A stretch of DNA of 64,000 bases from assembly GCA_016187395.1 (NCBI GenBank), contig JACPJV010000039.1, positions 5,663 through 69,662 of the forward strand. Reading direction: 5' to 3'. A program made the translations under genes and the position numbers. Source of the DNA: Candidatus Aenigmatarchaeota archaeon. GTDB taxonomy: Archaea; Aenigmatarchaeota; Aenigmatarchaeia; GW2011-AR5; JACRAC01. Below the pieces are notes generated by a model. That model ran no database searches, was not told the DNA's origin, and saw only the letters and a program-made list of their open reading frames with translations. Shown here one piece after another: positions 9,400 through 18,983 of this stretch (position 1 is its first letter; each line of letters opens with the position of its first letter).

Positions 9400-10074
9400 T
9401 TACCATACTTGCGTCACAATTCCGTCGTAAGTTACAAAGCGTGCATTCCTGACGTACATGTTGCCTATCTCGAAGCTCAGAGCACCTACTGTTTTCTTGT
9501 TCGCATCAAATGATTTGCCGAACTCGTTCTTGAATGCACTTGCACTCTTGTTGAACTGCATCCACTCGCCACAGTTGCGTTCAGCAGAGGTCATTGTATA
9601 CCTGCCTGCGTTGAAGTCATCAGTGCCGAACGTGTCGGCTTCTTCATTGGCTATAAACACAAGCTGGTCCATCAGCTTCGGCCCTGTTTCATTAAAGCAC
9701 GTCACTCCGTCTTCATAAAGCGGGAAATAGTACTCGAATTCTAACCTAAGAAAGTTATTTGGATGGCCTATAGCAAAGGGACTGTTATCAGCTAGTTTAT
9801 GATTTATATAGGCATCAGCCCACGTTCTCTTGAACCAGTTTCCATCAAAATTTCTAGCAACACCTATCGGGAAGAACATAACCGTGTCATTATACTGGCA
9901 GAATTTCAGCCTCTTGGCTGAATTGAAGCTTTCGTTCCAGGGCGCTGGCGGCGGGCCATTAACATCGTTCTGGCATGTGGGTCTCCAAGGCAGATTCTCG
10001 ATATGCACTGCGCTTACGGCTGTGACAAATAAAATTGCTACCACAGCCATTGCAGCCAGAAGATGAATTTTCAT
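9400..10074 (-). CDS. Secreted protein, paralog of 8550-9356
   Basis: Signal peptide (AVSA cleavage-like) and the same four-Cys domain. Confidence 0.85.
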   Translation of the reverse strand: MKIHLLAAMAVVAILFVTAVSAVHIENLPWRPTCQNDVNGPPPAPWNESFNSAKRLKFCQYNDTVMFFPIGVARNFDGNWFKRTWADAYINHKLADNSPFAIGHPNNFLRLEFEYYFPLYEDGVTCFNETGPKLMDQLVFIANEEADTFGTDDFNAGRYTMTSAERNCGEWMQFNKSASAFKNEFGKSFDANKKTVGALSFEIGNMYVRNARFVTYDGIVTQVW

Positions 10075-10211
10075 TTACTCACTACTTATTTTTAGGATTT
10101 GAAAATATTTATAGACGAAATGGAGCTAAAAAGCCCTTGTTTCTGCCTTGAGTTGTTTTAGTCTGTTTCATGCTTTCAGATATTTATTTGGCATGAAACC
10201 AATATCATCTG

Positions 10212-13200
10212 ATGGGTCATAGACTTTTGCTTGCATTAGTAGTCTTAGTTATATTCAGCTCTGCTGTTTACGGATATTCAAGAGAGGAAATCAATGTGAC
10301 ATCCTGCAGAGGCGTCACCTGTACTGTTGCGAACTTTAACATCAACACAAGCGCAACAATAGGAGCTTCGCCAGGAAAAGGTGATACAGTTTATACAGGG
10401 TGGTCTAACACCACTTTTCCTTCAGAAGCAACTATCCAGAAGGTCAGATTCAGGTTCAGATATACAGGGCAAAATGGTCTGGACAATTTATGGGAATTTG
10501 ATTTTAGAACAGAGAAATATGTAACTTCTTACTGTACAAACACACTAGTGCAGTGCGACGCAGCCTGCGATGTGTACTACGAAGCTAATCTAACAGAGCC
10601 CGGTTCTGTGTGCGACTGGACAAAATCAAAACTTGATGATCTGAACATATCTGTATTAAATAATGATGCAGGAGGAGGCAAGACAGGCGATGTAACCTTC
10701 ATGGACATGGAGGTGCAGTACGTCGTGGCGCCGAACGTCTCTGATCCTGTGACTGCGGACCTGGACGGAGTTGTCAAGAAAGAATTTCGCAACAGCGAGG
10801 AGGTGAATATCACCGTGAACGTGAGCGACTTCGAGGGTTCCGGCGATATAAGCACGGTTCGAATCACAATCATAGATTCGGCAAATACCGCAAGGGTGAA
10901 TAACGCTTCAATGACTGCAGGCCCTTCCATTGAAAAGGGCTTCATATACAATTTTACATACAACCTGAGCTTTCAGGGGCCTTCAGGCGAATGGAGGGCG
11001 AACATCTATGCCAACGACACAAACGGTTTCAACGGCACGAATTCAACCAGGTTCAACGTCACGGTGGTGCCTTATGTTAATGTGACGTTCATAAGCCCGA
11101 CGCCGGTAAACAACAGCAACATGACAGAGCTGGATATTTTGTTCATAAACACAAGCGCTTTCGGGGAAGTGAACAACATAGACGTATGCCTGCTGGAGTT
11201 TGACAGCGTTAATGAATCTATGACTAAAAACGCCTCAGGCAGAAGCGCCTACTGCGATAAGGCAAAAAGATCGCTTTCATTGGGGCAGCATTCGTACAAG
11301 GTCTACGCAAACGACACGAACAACAACTGGAACGTGACGGAGACAAGGAACATATCTGTAAATCCGCTCCAGTTCATAGCGATGCTGAATATCTCGCAGC
11401 TTCCCAGCCAGATAGGATGGACGTGCCAGTCATGTGTTGCAGGCGGAAAATTCTACGAGAGGCTTGTCAGGGGATTTGATGCGACAAATATCATGAGAGG
11501 TGTGCTTTCTGTGAGCCACAACTTCACGCAGATAAGCATCAACACGAGCGCACTCGCAGCACTTGCCCGTGGAGGAGGAGTAACATCTGCAACAAGCGCT
11601 TCGCACAGCCATTTGCCCGGAAGCGCAAGCACTACACAAACTCAAAGCATTATGCCTATATCAAAGAGCGTTATAGTTGCTAACAGGACGTATGCCAATG
11701 ACCTGATCATCCCTTCAGGCACGCTGCTTTTATTCAATTCGACGTCAGCTGTGCCTTCAGAGAACTGGACGATTGTCAACGGCTGGAATGATTTTCATCT
11801 TATAGGCAATGCAACATTCGGGCAGGAGATAGGAAGCAGGGCGCATAACCACACCCTGGTTGCAAACGGCACTAATACTTCAATAGACGATGCAGGAAGC
11901 GTTATAGTCGTAATCACTTCAGGGTTAGTTGCACTGGATGGCCACGTCCACCCGTTCCCAGAGGATGTTACAAGCACTCCATCTGCCCAAAGCTCGGCAA
12001 ACTTCGTGACTGCGATATTGGCGCAGGCTACATCAAATACGAATATTCCGGAACGCGCATATGCACTGTTTGACGGAACGCCGCCGCAGGGCTGGAAGGT
12101 GCAGAGCAACCCAGACAGCTGGTTCTACAACCGCACTATAATTCCGAACGGAACGTTTGGCGTGACAGGCGGCGATGAGAGCGGGCACAATCACACATCA
12201 CAGATATTGATAACAGGAACGACCACAACGGTCGTGGGAGACATCTCAGCACTATCTGAACCAGCTTCAGATGCAACGCATAAGCATGAGATGAACGTTT
12301 CTTACACAGAGGAAAAAGCCACACCTGCCTCGACAACGGTTATAGTCGCGCAGCGCAACGCAAAGCCGCGGGTCACGCAGCCGCAGTTCAACATCACAAA
12401 CGCAAACTGGTATCTGACTGCGAACACAACGGCCACAGACGCAGACCTTGAACCCCTTGAAGTCTATATCAACTGGACGATAAACGGAATATTCAGGGTG
12501 CAGAACAACTATACAGGCATCCTGAACGGCACGGTTGTGAACGATACGCTAAATCGTCTCAACGCAAGCTACGGCGGCGTGACGTACAAACCCGGCGATA
12601 ATATCACGGTCATGGTCTGGACAGGCGACACGTACGAAAACAGCACAAGCGCGCCAAATAACAGCATCATAGTGGATAATATCCCTCCCGCTATAACATA
12701 TCAATCACCAACGCCTGCGGAAGGCACGAACACAACGGAAAACTGGACAGCAGTCAACGCGACAATAAGCGACAATCTCTACAACACATCTGCTTTTATT
12801 GATTTCAACAGCTCTTTGATTGGCTACTGGTCGTTTGAAAATTTCGATAATTTGAATATATTCGACAATTCTTCATACGGTCTTAACGCATTCTACGCAA
12901 CGCAGGCAAACGCAAGAAACATAACCACAGGCTATTACGGAAACGGATTCCTGATGAACAGGAGCGGTGCATGCACAAGCTGCGGTCTGAATGCGACCAA
13001 TGCCACGCCTTTCTACTTCCAGAATGGATTGACACTCGAAGCATGGGTTATTGTGCATGAGAACACAACGCTTATAAAATATATAGTTGGAAAAAGAACG
13101 GCTTGGGACTTGACATCAGACAGGACTAATGAAATACAATTTTCTATAACAAACCAGACAGCGACAAGAGATCTTTCTTCAAACGCTGGGATAGACGGCG

Positions 13201-16200
13201 ACGGGAAATGGCATCATATAGCTGGAACGTGGAACGGAACGACCATGCGAGTGTATCTTGACGGAAACATAAAAAACAGCGCAGCCTTTGGCGGTTTAAT
13301 CAACTTATCTGAATGGCGTGTTTTTCTGGGCGGAAGAGATGGCTCGAACACTGGGTCAAACCAGACTTCAGACGAGGTAAAAATCTGGAGCCGTGCATTA
13401 AGTGCAGAGGAAATCAACGCAAGCATGAATACAGCAAAAACAAGCGGCAGCGTTTACAGCAACTTCACAGAACTCAGCGACGGAGTGCGCGCTTACCGCG
13501 TCTATGCCATTGACCAGGTCGGCAACCTGAATATCAGCAGCCAGCGCAGAGTCACAACAGACACAACGCCGCCGCAGGGCACGTACGTAAGCCCGACGCC
13601 CACAGACGGGGAAAATTCTACAAATACCACGTACACGTTCAATGCCACGGTTGACGATGCGCTGCTGCCTATAAGCGCAGTTCTGTTTGAGCTTGACGGG
13701 ACCAATTATACAGCCGGCACAAACGGCACAGGGATAAGCATTTATGCCAATTTCACGGCGTCAAGCCTTTCTGTGGACGTGCATTATTACAAGTTCTGGC
13801 TTAATGACACATTAAACAACAAAAACCAGACTCCGAGAAGAAACGTGACCGTGCAGGCTGCCGGGGCTGTGACAGGCCTGCTCATCGCTTCTCTGCTCAA
13901 TACAACGTACAACCTCACGGTACCGCAGAACGAGACGTTCTACATCAATGTGACGGTAGGGTGCCAGGGCGCAGGAAATATAACGTGCGGCACTGTCAAC
14001 GCAACAGCGCGCTACAATTTCACGTCAGCCACGGTCCCGGACACAGCGATTGATGATAAATTCTGGAACCAGACGCTGTACATCGTGAACGTGACGATGC
14101 GGAAGATGAGGAATTTGACTAGGGTGGGGAATTTGACACTTGAGCCGACTGAAAGTCTCTCTGTAGTTCTTATGGATTCTTATGGCAGTTTCTTATACGT
14201 GGCCACTGCTTCATCACCAAGCCATCTGATAAAAATAAATCTTATTGATTTCAAAAGAGCTGGAAATATTACTATTGAAAAACCCGGATTAGGAGAATAT
14301 AGTTTTCGTTCAGGAGTAATAGATACCAACAATGGCTTTCTATATCTAGGATCGCGTAATTCACAATCTCCTTCTGGAGAAATAATCAAGGTAAGACTTT
14401 CTGATCTAAAAGTAGTAGGAAACATTACTTTGAACCCCGGAGAACAAAATTTATCGTCGGCTGTTATAGATACAGAAAATGGTTTTGCGTACTTTGCGGC
14501 AACTGCACCACCAGGTATTATTGTAAAAATAAATCTTTTGAACTTTTCTAGAGTAGGTAATCTTACGCTCAATACCGGAGAGGATCAGATTATGACAGGC
14601 GTTATAGACATACAAAATCAATTTGCATATTTTGGAACTATAAGTTATGACGAGAGCAATACTGGAATCGTAAAGGTTAATCTATCTGATTTTACAAGAA
14701 TTGGAAATACGTCAGCGGCTCCTGGAGCTCCAGGATCATCTGTTATAGATGTCGATGCCGGATTTGCTTATTTTGGAACTGTACGAGGCGGTATTTTAAC
14801 TAACGATGTAATAAGAATAAATCTTTCTGACTTTAAGAGAGTCGGAAATGTTAGTATCGGTATAGGAGAATTGCAGTCAGCCGCTATAGATACAGTGAAT
14901 AAGATAGCATACTTTGCATGGGATGCGAATCCTTTAAATTTGACCAAGATAAACCTTTCAGATTTCACTTTGATTGGAAATGTTGAATTAAATGCAACGA
15001 AAATAGCATCATTAGGGATAAGCGATCCAAAAGCAGCTATTGATGTTTCCACTGGTTTTGCATATTTTGGCGCAGCAAACGATGATGTTACATTGGTAGT
15101 CAAAGTCAAAGTAGATCAAGTCCCGAAGCCGCGCAACGTGCTGGAGAGGGCTGGGAATTTGACGCTGGGCACAGGCGAGGACAACTTTACATATCAAGCA
15201 TCCGTAATTGATTCTGAGAAAGGAGTCGCATATTTCGGTACTGCTACCTCGCCTGCGAAAATAATAAAGGTTAATCTTTCTGACTTTAGGAAGATAGCAA
15301 CTATAACTTTGAATGCAGGCGAAAATAGTCTGCGCTCAGCTGCTATAGACGCCAAAAACGGTTTTGCATATTTTGGCACAGCCACAAATCCAGGTATTGT
15401 CGTCAAAATTAATCTTTCTGATTTTTCTAGGGTTGGAAATGTAACTTTGAATACGAATGAAGCCGATCTCAGATCCGCAGTTATAGATTCCGAGAAGAGA
15501 TTTGCTTATTTTGGCACCTTCACTCCACCGGCAATTATTGTGAAGATTAACCTCTCTGATTTCTCAAGATTAGGGAACTTAACCCTAAATACGGGCGAGG
15601 ATAACCTGACATCAGCTGTCATTGATACTGCAAGTGGTTTTGCTTACTTCGCTACACGGACAAATCCTGGCAAAATAATTAAGATTAACCTAACTGATTT
15701 CACTAGAGTAGGTTCAATTACACTGAATACAGGAGAGCGTACAATGGAATCGGGTGTAATTGATGTAACAAACGGCTTTGCTTATTTCGGTGGACTGTTC
15801 GGGAATGTTGTTAAGATAAATCTCTCAGATTTTACCAGAACAGATGGTATTGTGCTTCCAACAAGTATAGTATCCGGGGCGATTGATACACAAAACAATT
15901 TCATATATTTTGGGTCAGAAGACACTCCGGCTAATATAACAAGACTTAACTTATCAGATTTTGCCGGAAATATCACAATTAATTTAAATTCGAATGAAAA
16001 CTTTTCATATTCCGGATTTATAGATATAGAAAGAGGCTTTGCATATTTCGGTACGGATACTGCACCCGGAAGAATAATCAAAATCAACCTCCGCCAGCGG
16101 AACCCGGTGGATTGCGGCACGCTGTCGCAGGACGAGGGGGCGACGTGCCTGGTGAACTGGCTCGTAAGGGCACCTGGCCCGGTAGGCACGCAGCATTTTG

Positions 16201-16715
16201 TTGATGGGATGGCTAACTCATCGCTGGCAGGAGACAACCAGAGCGCAGATTTCCAGGTGAATATAACGGGAATTACGAAGTCAATCGCACTTGCTTTGTC
16301 GAATGCTCTCTCACGGCAGATACACTGGACAATTGATGTCTTACCTATATTCCAGCAGTTTGCTGATGGAAATAATGGAACAAATTCAACTGATTACAGG
16401 ATAAACGTATCAGCTACAGGCACTACTGTAGATGTCTATATACGCGCAAGCGGACCTCTCGCAACACCCGGAGGAACTGCCCTTATAGGACTTCCGAACG
16501 AAACGTTCAGCTACAACACGACCAATGTAAATGTTCCAAGCGCAAACAACCGTTCTCTAACCACAAGCTTTTCTGACAACAAGATAGGTGACAACCTGAT
16601 CAGTGGCTCTGGAATTTTCCTGAAATTCTTCTTGAACGTCAGCAGCGGTCAGGACGCAGGAACTTATAACAACACCGTCGAAATCAAGGCCGTGGAGGCT
16701 GGGCAGGCGCCTTAG
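10212..16715 (+). CDS. Giant secreted adhesin-like glycoprotein (Ig-like, tail-collar-like, LamG, beta-propeller repeats, C-terminal pilin-like domain)
   Basis: Signal peptide, dense N-x-S/T sequons, LamG motif WHHIAGTWNG...DEVKIWSRALS, about 14 repeats GFAYFG...KINLSDF, C-terminus homologous to 30734-31390. Confidence 0.92.
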   Translation: MGHRLLLALVVLVIFSSAVYGYSREEINVTSCRGVTCTVANFNINTSATIGASPGKGDTVYTGWSNTTFPSEATIQKVRFRFRYTGQNGLDNLWEFDFRTEKYVTSYCTNTLVQCDAACDVYYEANLTEPGSVCDWTKSKLDDLNISVLNNDAGGGKTGDVTFMDMEVQYVVAPNVSDPVTADLDGVVKKEFRNSEEVNITVNVSDFEGSGDISTVRITIIDSANTARVNNASMTAGPSIEKGFIYNFTYNLSFQGPSGEWRANIYANDTNGFNGTNSTRFNVTVVPYVNVTFISPTPVNNSNMTELDILFINTSAFGEVNNIDVCLLEFDSVNESMTKNASGRSAYCDKAKRSLSLGQHSYKVYANDTNNNWNVTETRNISVNPLQFIAMLNISQLPSQIGWTCQSCVAGGKFYERLVRGFDATNIMRGVLSVSHNFTQISINTSALAALARGGGVTSATSASHSHLPGSASTTQTQSIMPISKSVIVANRTYANDLIIPSGTLLLFNSTSAVPSENWTIVNGWNDFHLIGNATFGQEIGSRAHNHTLVANGTNTSIDDAGSVIVVITSGLVALDGHVHPFPEDVTSTPSAQSSANFVTAILAQATSNTNIPERAYALFDGTPPQGWKVQSNPDSWFYNRTIIPNGTFGVTGGDESGHNHTSQILITGTTTTVVGDISALSEPASDATHKHEMNVSYTEEKATPASTTVIVAQRNAKPRVTQPQFNITNANWYLTANTTATDADLEPLEVYINWTINGIFRVQNNYTGILNGTVVNDTLNRLNASYGGVTYKPGDNITVMVWTGDTYENSTSAPNNSIIVDNIPPAITYQSPTPAEGTNTTENWTAVNATISDNLYNTSAFIDFNSSLIGYWSFENFDNLNIFDNSSYGLNAFYATQANARNITTGYYGNGFLMNRSGACTSCGLNATNATPFYFQNGLTLEAWVIVHENTTLIKYIVGKRTAWDLTSDRTNEIQFSITNQTATRDLSSNAGIDGDGKWHHIAGTWNGTTMRVYLDGNIKNSAAFGGLINLSEWRVFLGGRDGSNTGSNQTSDEVKIWSRALSAEEINASMNTAKTSGSVYSNFTELSDGVRAYRVYAIDQVGNLNISSQRRVTTDTTPPQGTYVSPTPTDGENSTNTTYTFNATVDDALLPISAVLFELDGTNYTAGTNGTGISIYANFTASSLSVDVHYYKFWLNDTLNNKNQTPRRNVTVQAAGAVTGLLIASLLNTTYNLTVPQNETFYINVTVGCQGAGNITCGTVNATARYNFTSATVPDTAIDDKFWNQTLYIVNVTMRKMRNLTRVGNLTLEPTESLSVVLMDSYGSFLYVATASSPSHLIKINLIDFKRAGNITIEKPGLGEYSFRSGVIDTNNGFLYLGSRNSQSPSGEIIKVRLSDLKVVGNITLNPGEQNLSSAVIDTENGFAYFAATAPPGIIVKINLLNFSRVGNLTLNTGEDQIMTGVIDIQNQFAYFGTISYDESNTGIVKVNLSDFTRIGNTSAAPGAPGSSVIDVDAGFAYFGTVRGGILTNDVIRINLSDFKRVGNVSIGIGELQSAAIDTVNKIAYFAWDANPLNLTKINLSDFTLIGNVELNATKIASLGISDPKAAIDVSTGFAYFGAANDDVTLVVKVKVDQVPKPRNVLERAGNLTLGTGEDNFTYQASVIDSEKGVAYFGTATSPAKIIKVNLSDFRKIATITLNAGENSLRSAAIDAKNGFAYFGTATNPGIVVKINLSDFSRVGNVTLNTNEADLRSAVIDSEKRFAYFGTFTPPAIIVKINLSDFSRLGNLTLNTGEDNLTSAVIDTASGFAYFATRTNPGKIIKINLTDFTRVGSITLNTGERTMESGVIDVTNGFAYFGGLFGNVVKINLSDFTRTDGIVLPTSIVSGAIDTQNNFIYFGSEDTPANITRLNLSDFAGNITINLNSNENFSYSGFIDIERGFAYFGTDTAPGRIIKINLRQRNPVDCGTLSQDEGATCLVNWLVRAPGPVGTQHFVDGMANSSLAGDNQSADFQVNITGITKSIALALSNALSRQIHWTIDVLPIFQQFADGNNGTNSTDYRINVSATGTTVDVYIRASGPLATPGGTALIGLPNETFSYNTTNVNVPSANNRSLTTSFSDNKIGDNLISGSGIFLKFFLNVSSGQDAGTYNNTVEIKAVEAGQAP

Positions 16716-18091
16716 GAAACTTGCTGAAGGATATTCGGATCTATAAAGAGTCCAATCGGTCCAATTTTGTCACAGAGATAACAAGGGGGCGGCAGAAATG
16801 CCACATATATTGTTACTGAATCTTCATCATGCCTCAATTGAGTAATGCTGATTCTGTTTATACGGTCGTAGAAAAGTGAACCGTCTGAGAGCGCCTCGTC
16901 GTAGGCGTATTTCTTTGTTTTCGGCGTGGCATCGATGAGCTTCGTCTTGCTTGCAGAAATGCCGTCCCAGACATGAATAAGAGTGCCTTCTGTGATTGCG
17001 TCACTCAAAAGGTCATCAAAGCCGATAGGCCGCCTATACTCTAGAAAATAATGCTCATTAGTATCGGGCTTTGCTATCTTTAACACCTGCGTTCCGAAAG
17101 CTTGCGCTTCCAAAGGAAAATAAATTGTATAAATGCCACTTTTTGCTATTTCCTGCACGCTTTCTGGGCTTATCCACCCGGCTGCAATCTTGTGCGGGGC
17201 ATTCAGGTGATGGTAGCGGTTTCCCATCACGTCGTAAGAATCACCTTGCTCTGAAAAAATGCAATTAGCATAGTCGTCTATAGCACGAAAGCCGCAATCC
17301 AGGCTTCCTGAATGGTGCAGGCTGAATGTGTGGCCGATTTCATGCGCATACAGCTGTTCCCAATTTTCGCCGTTAATCCAGATTTTTCTTGGCGGGTCCC
17401 CGCCAAGCTGCCCCCTTCCTGCCCAATTGCAAACCTCTGACGAAGGGAAGAAATATATCACTCTGTCATAATTATTGACATCATAATTATCCTTTGCCGC
17501 CAGTTCTTCGGCAGCCTGTGACCACAAGCCATAATCACAAGTGACATCATTGGTGTTGTCTATAGTGTACCATCCTATAACATCACCAGAAAGCGAAACT
17601 TTGCCGAAGGAATTTTCCTGAAAGAAATTGTTCGGCGAAAATGTACCCTCAAACAATGTATAATTTATCTGTTCTGCGAGGTAGGGCTTACGCTGGTCGT
17701 TGATGAAGTTAAACATGATTACAAGAACACGAAGATTGTTATCTGCTGGATCTGGCTCTGGCAAGCGAATTACAACAAGATTCTCACCATCCACTGAAAT
17801 CTGCTGCCCGCTAATTTTTCCTCTTATTCTGATAATAGAATCAGGAATTAGCAAAGGATCTCCCCTGAATACTAATCTGTAAAAATCACCTTCTCCAGAC
17901 TCTAAATAGTATGCGTTTTCGCTATGCTGGCTAATGAAGTCATCGCTGTGTATTATGATAACTCTGCCCTCGACTTCTGCTGTGTCATATTCTTGCAGCG
18001 CAAAGACCGTTTGATTTGGCACAGCAATCAGAGCTGCTATCAGCAAAAGCATGAATGCCACGCTTGCATATTTCCATTTCATGTTTATCAA
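16712..18091 (-). CDS. Secreted zinc metallopeptidase (metzincin, M11/M6-like)
   Basis: Signal peptide, HEIGHTFSLHH, DSYDVMG Met-turn, YFLEYR. Confidence 0.88.
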   Translation of the reverse strand: MINMKWKYASVAFMLLLIAALIAVPNQTVFALQEYDTAEVEGRVIIIHSDDFISQHSENAYYLESGEGDFYRLVFRGDPLLIPDSIIRIRGKISGQQISVDGENLVVIRLPEPDPADNNLRVLVIMFNFINDQRKPYLAEQINYTLFEGTFSPNNFFQENSFGKVSLSGDVIGWYTIDNTNDVTCDYGLWSQAAEELAAKDNYDVNNYDRVIYFFPSSEVCNWAGRGQLGGDPPRKIWINGENWEQLYAHEIGHTFSLHHSGSLDCGFRAIDDYANCIFSEQGDSYDVMGNRYHHLNAPHKIAAGWISPESVQEIAKSGIYTIYFPLEAQAFGTQVLKIAKPDTNEHYFLEYRRPIGFDDLLSDAITEGTLIHVWDGISASKTKLIDATPKTKKYAYDEALSDGSLFYDRINRISITQLRHDEDSVTIYVAFLPPPCYLCDKIGPIGLFIDPNILQQVS

Positions 18092-18140
18092 AAAGGTATA
18101 ATAGGCAATACCTTAAATAACTTCCGCAAATCCATTATAT

Positions 18141-18914
18141 ATGAATTCAGAAGAGATGTCCAAGCTTCAGATGAGCCGAAGCCAGGGAGCGGCAATGATT
18201 CTTTCGCGACAACTAGCAAGCCAGATTGCTCGCGATATTTCGCGGATTGCCGATGACTACAGGCGTGGCGCAACCGGAGAAGAGATAGTAAAAAAACACC
18301 GCATAGATATAAGATATTGCAAGGGATCGGAAAGCATCGCGCTGTCTTCTGTCTATTTCGCGCTTGCAGAGCTTATGCCGGAAGGCGAGAGGCACAGGCT
18401 TGCATACGAACATACGGTTGATGCAGCCATGCCTGTTATCAGAAAACAGCAAGACGACGGCACAGGCATATACGGATTTACAAGCAAGCAGCATTCTGAG
18501 GCAGGAAGAAAAGGCGGCTCAAAATCAGGAAGAATAGTATACGAGCAAAAGCTCGGCATACACGGTCTTTCTCATGAGGAGAGATCTAAGATAGGAAAAA
18601 AAGCTGGGAAAATCGGAGGGAGTTCTGCGCGAAGAATGAGAAAGGGCATTCATTCTCTGACGCCTGAACAAAGAAGAGAAATTTCCAGGAAAGCTGTCGC
18701 TGCCCGCGGTTATGCGCCATTTTCCGATGAGGAAAAGACTTATTTTCTGGAGTTATGTGCGGATCCGGAATTTCAGTACGGGTCAGGACCAAACAAGGGA
18801 AGGCCTGAACATCCCCGGATAGCAAAAGGACTTGAGCAAAGGTTCGGTATAGACCGGTCAGGCTCTGACCTGGCTTCTATGAAGTGCAGACTTGAAAGGA
18901 GGAAAGGTGCTTAG
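18141..18914 (+). CDS. Basic putative DNA-binding protein with three short repeats
   Basis: Repeats GIYGFTSKQHSEAGRKGG, GIHGLSHEERSKIGKKAG, GIHSLTPEQRREISRK; helical C-terminal domain. Confidence 0.7.
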   Translation: MNSEEMSKLQMSRSQGAAMILSRQLASQIARDISRIADDYRRGATGEEIVKKHRIDIRYCKGSESIALSSVYFALAELMPEGERHRLAYEHTVDAAMPVIRKQQDDGTGIYGFTSKQHSEAGRKGGSKSGRIVYEQKLGIHGLSHEERSKIGKKAGKIGGSSARRMRKGIHSLTPEQRREISRKAVAARGYAPFSDEEKTYFLELCADPEFQYGSGPNKGRPEHPRIAKGLEQRFGIDRSGSDLASMKCRLERRKGA

Positions 18915-18937
18915 AAATGTACAACAAACAGCCTGCA

Positions 18938-18982
18938 CTTTACTCCATCCGCGGCATCAACTGCAGCGGGGAGGGGCTGTGA
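18938..18982 (+). repeat. FN3-gene 3'-end remnant R1
   Basis: Reads LYSIRGINCSGEGL-stop. Confidence 0.85.
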
Positions 18983-18983
18983 A

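Noticed and set aside
11373..12357. Provirus suggested by tail-collar-like sequence
   Set aside because: The modules are in frame inside a signal-peptide-bearing glycoprotein; no capsid, terminase, portal or integrase genes are nearby
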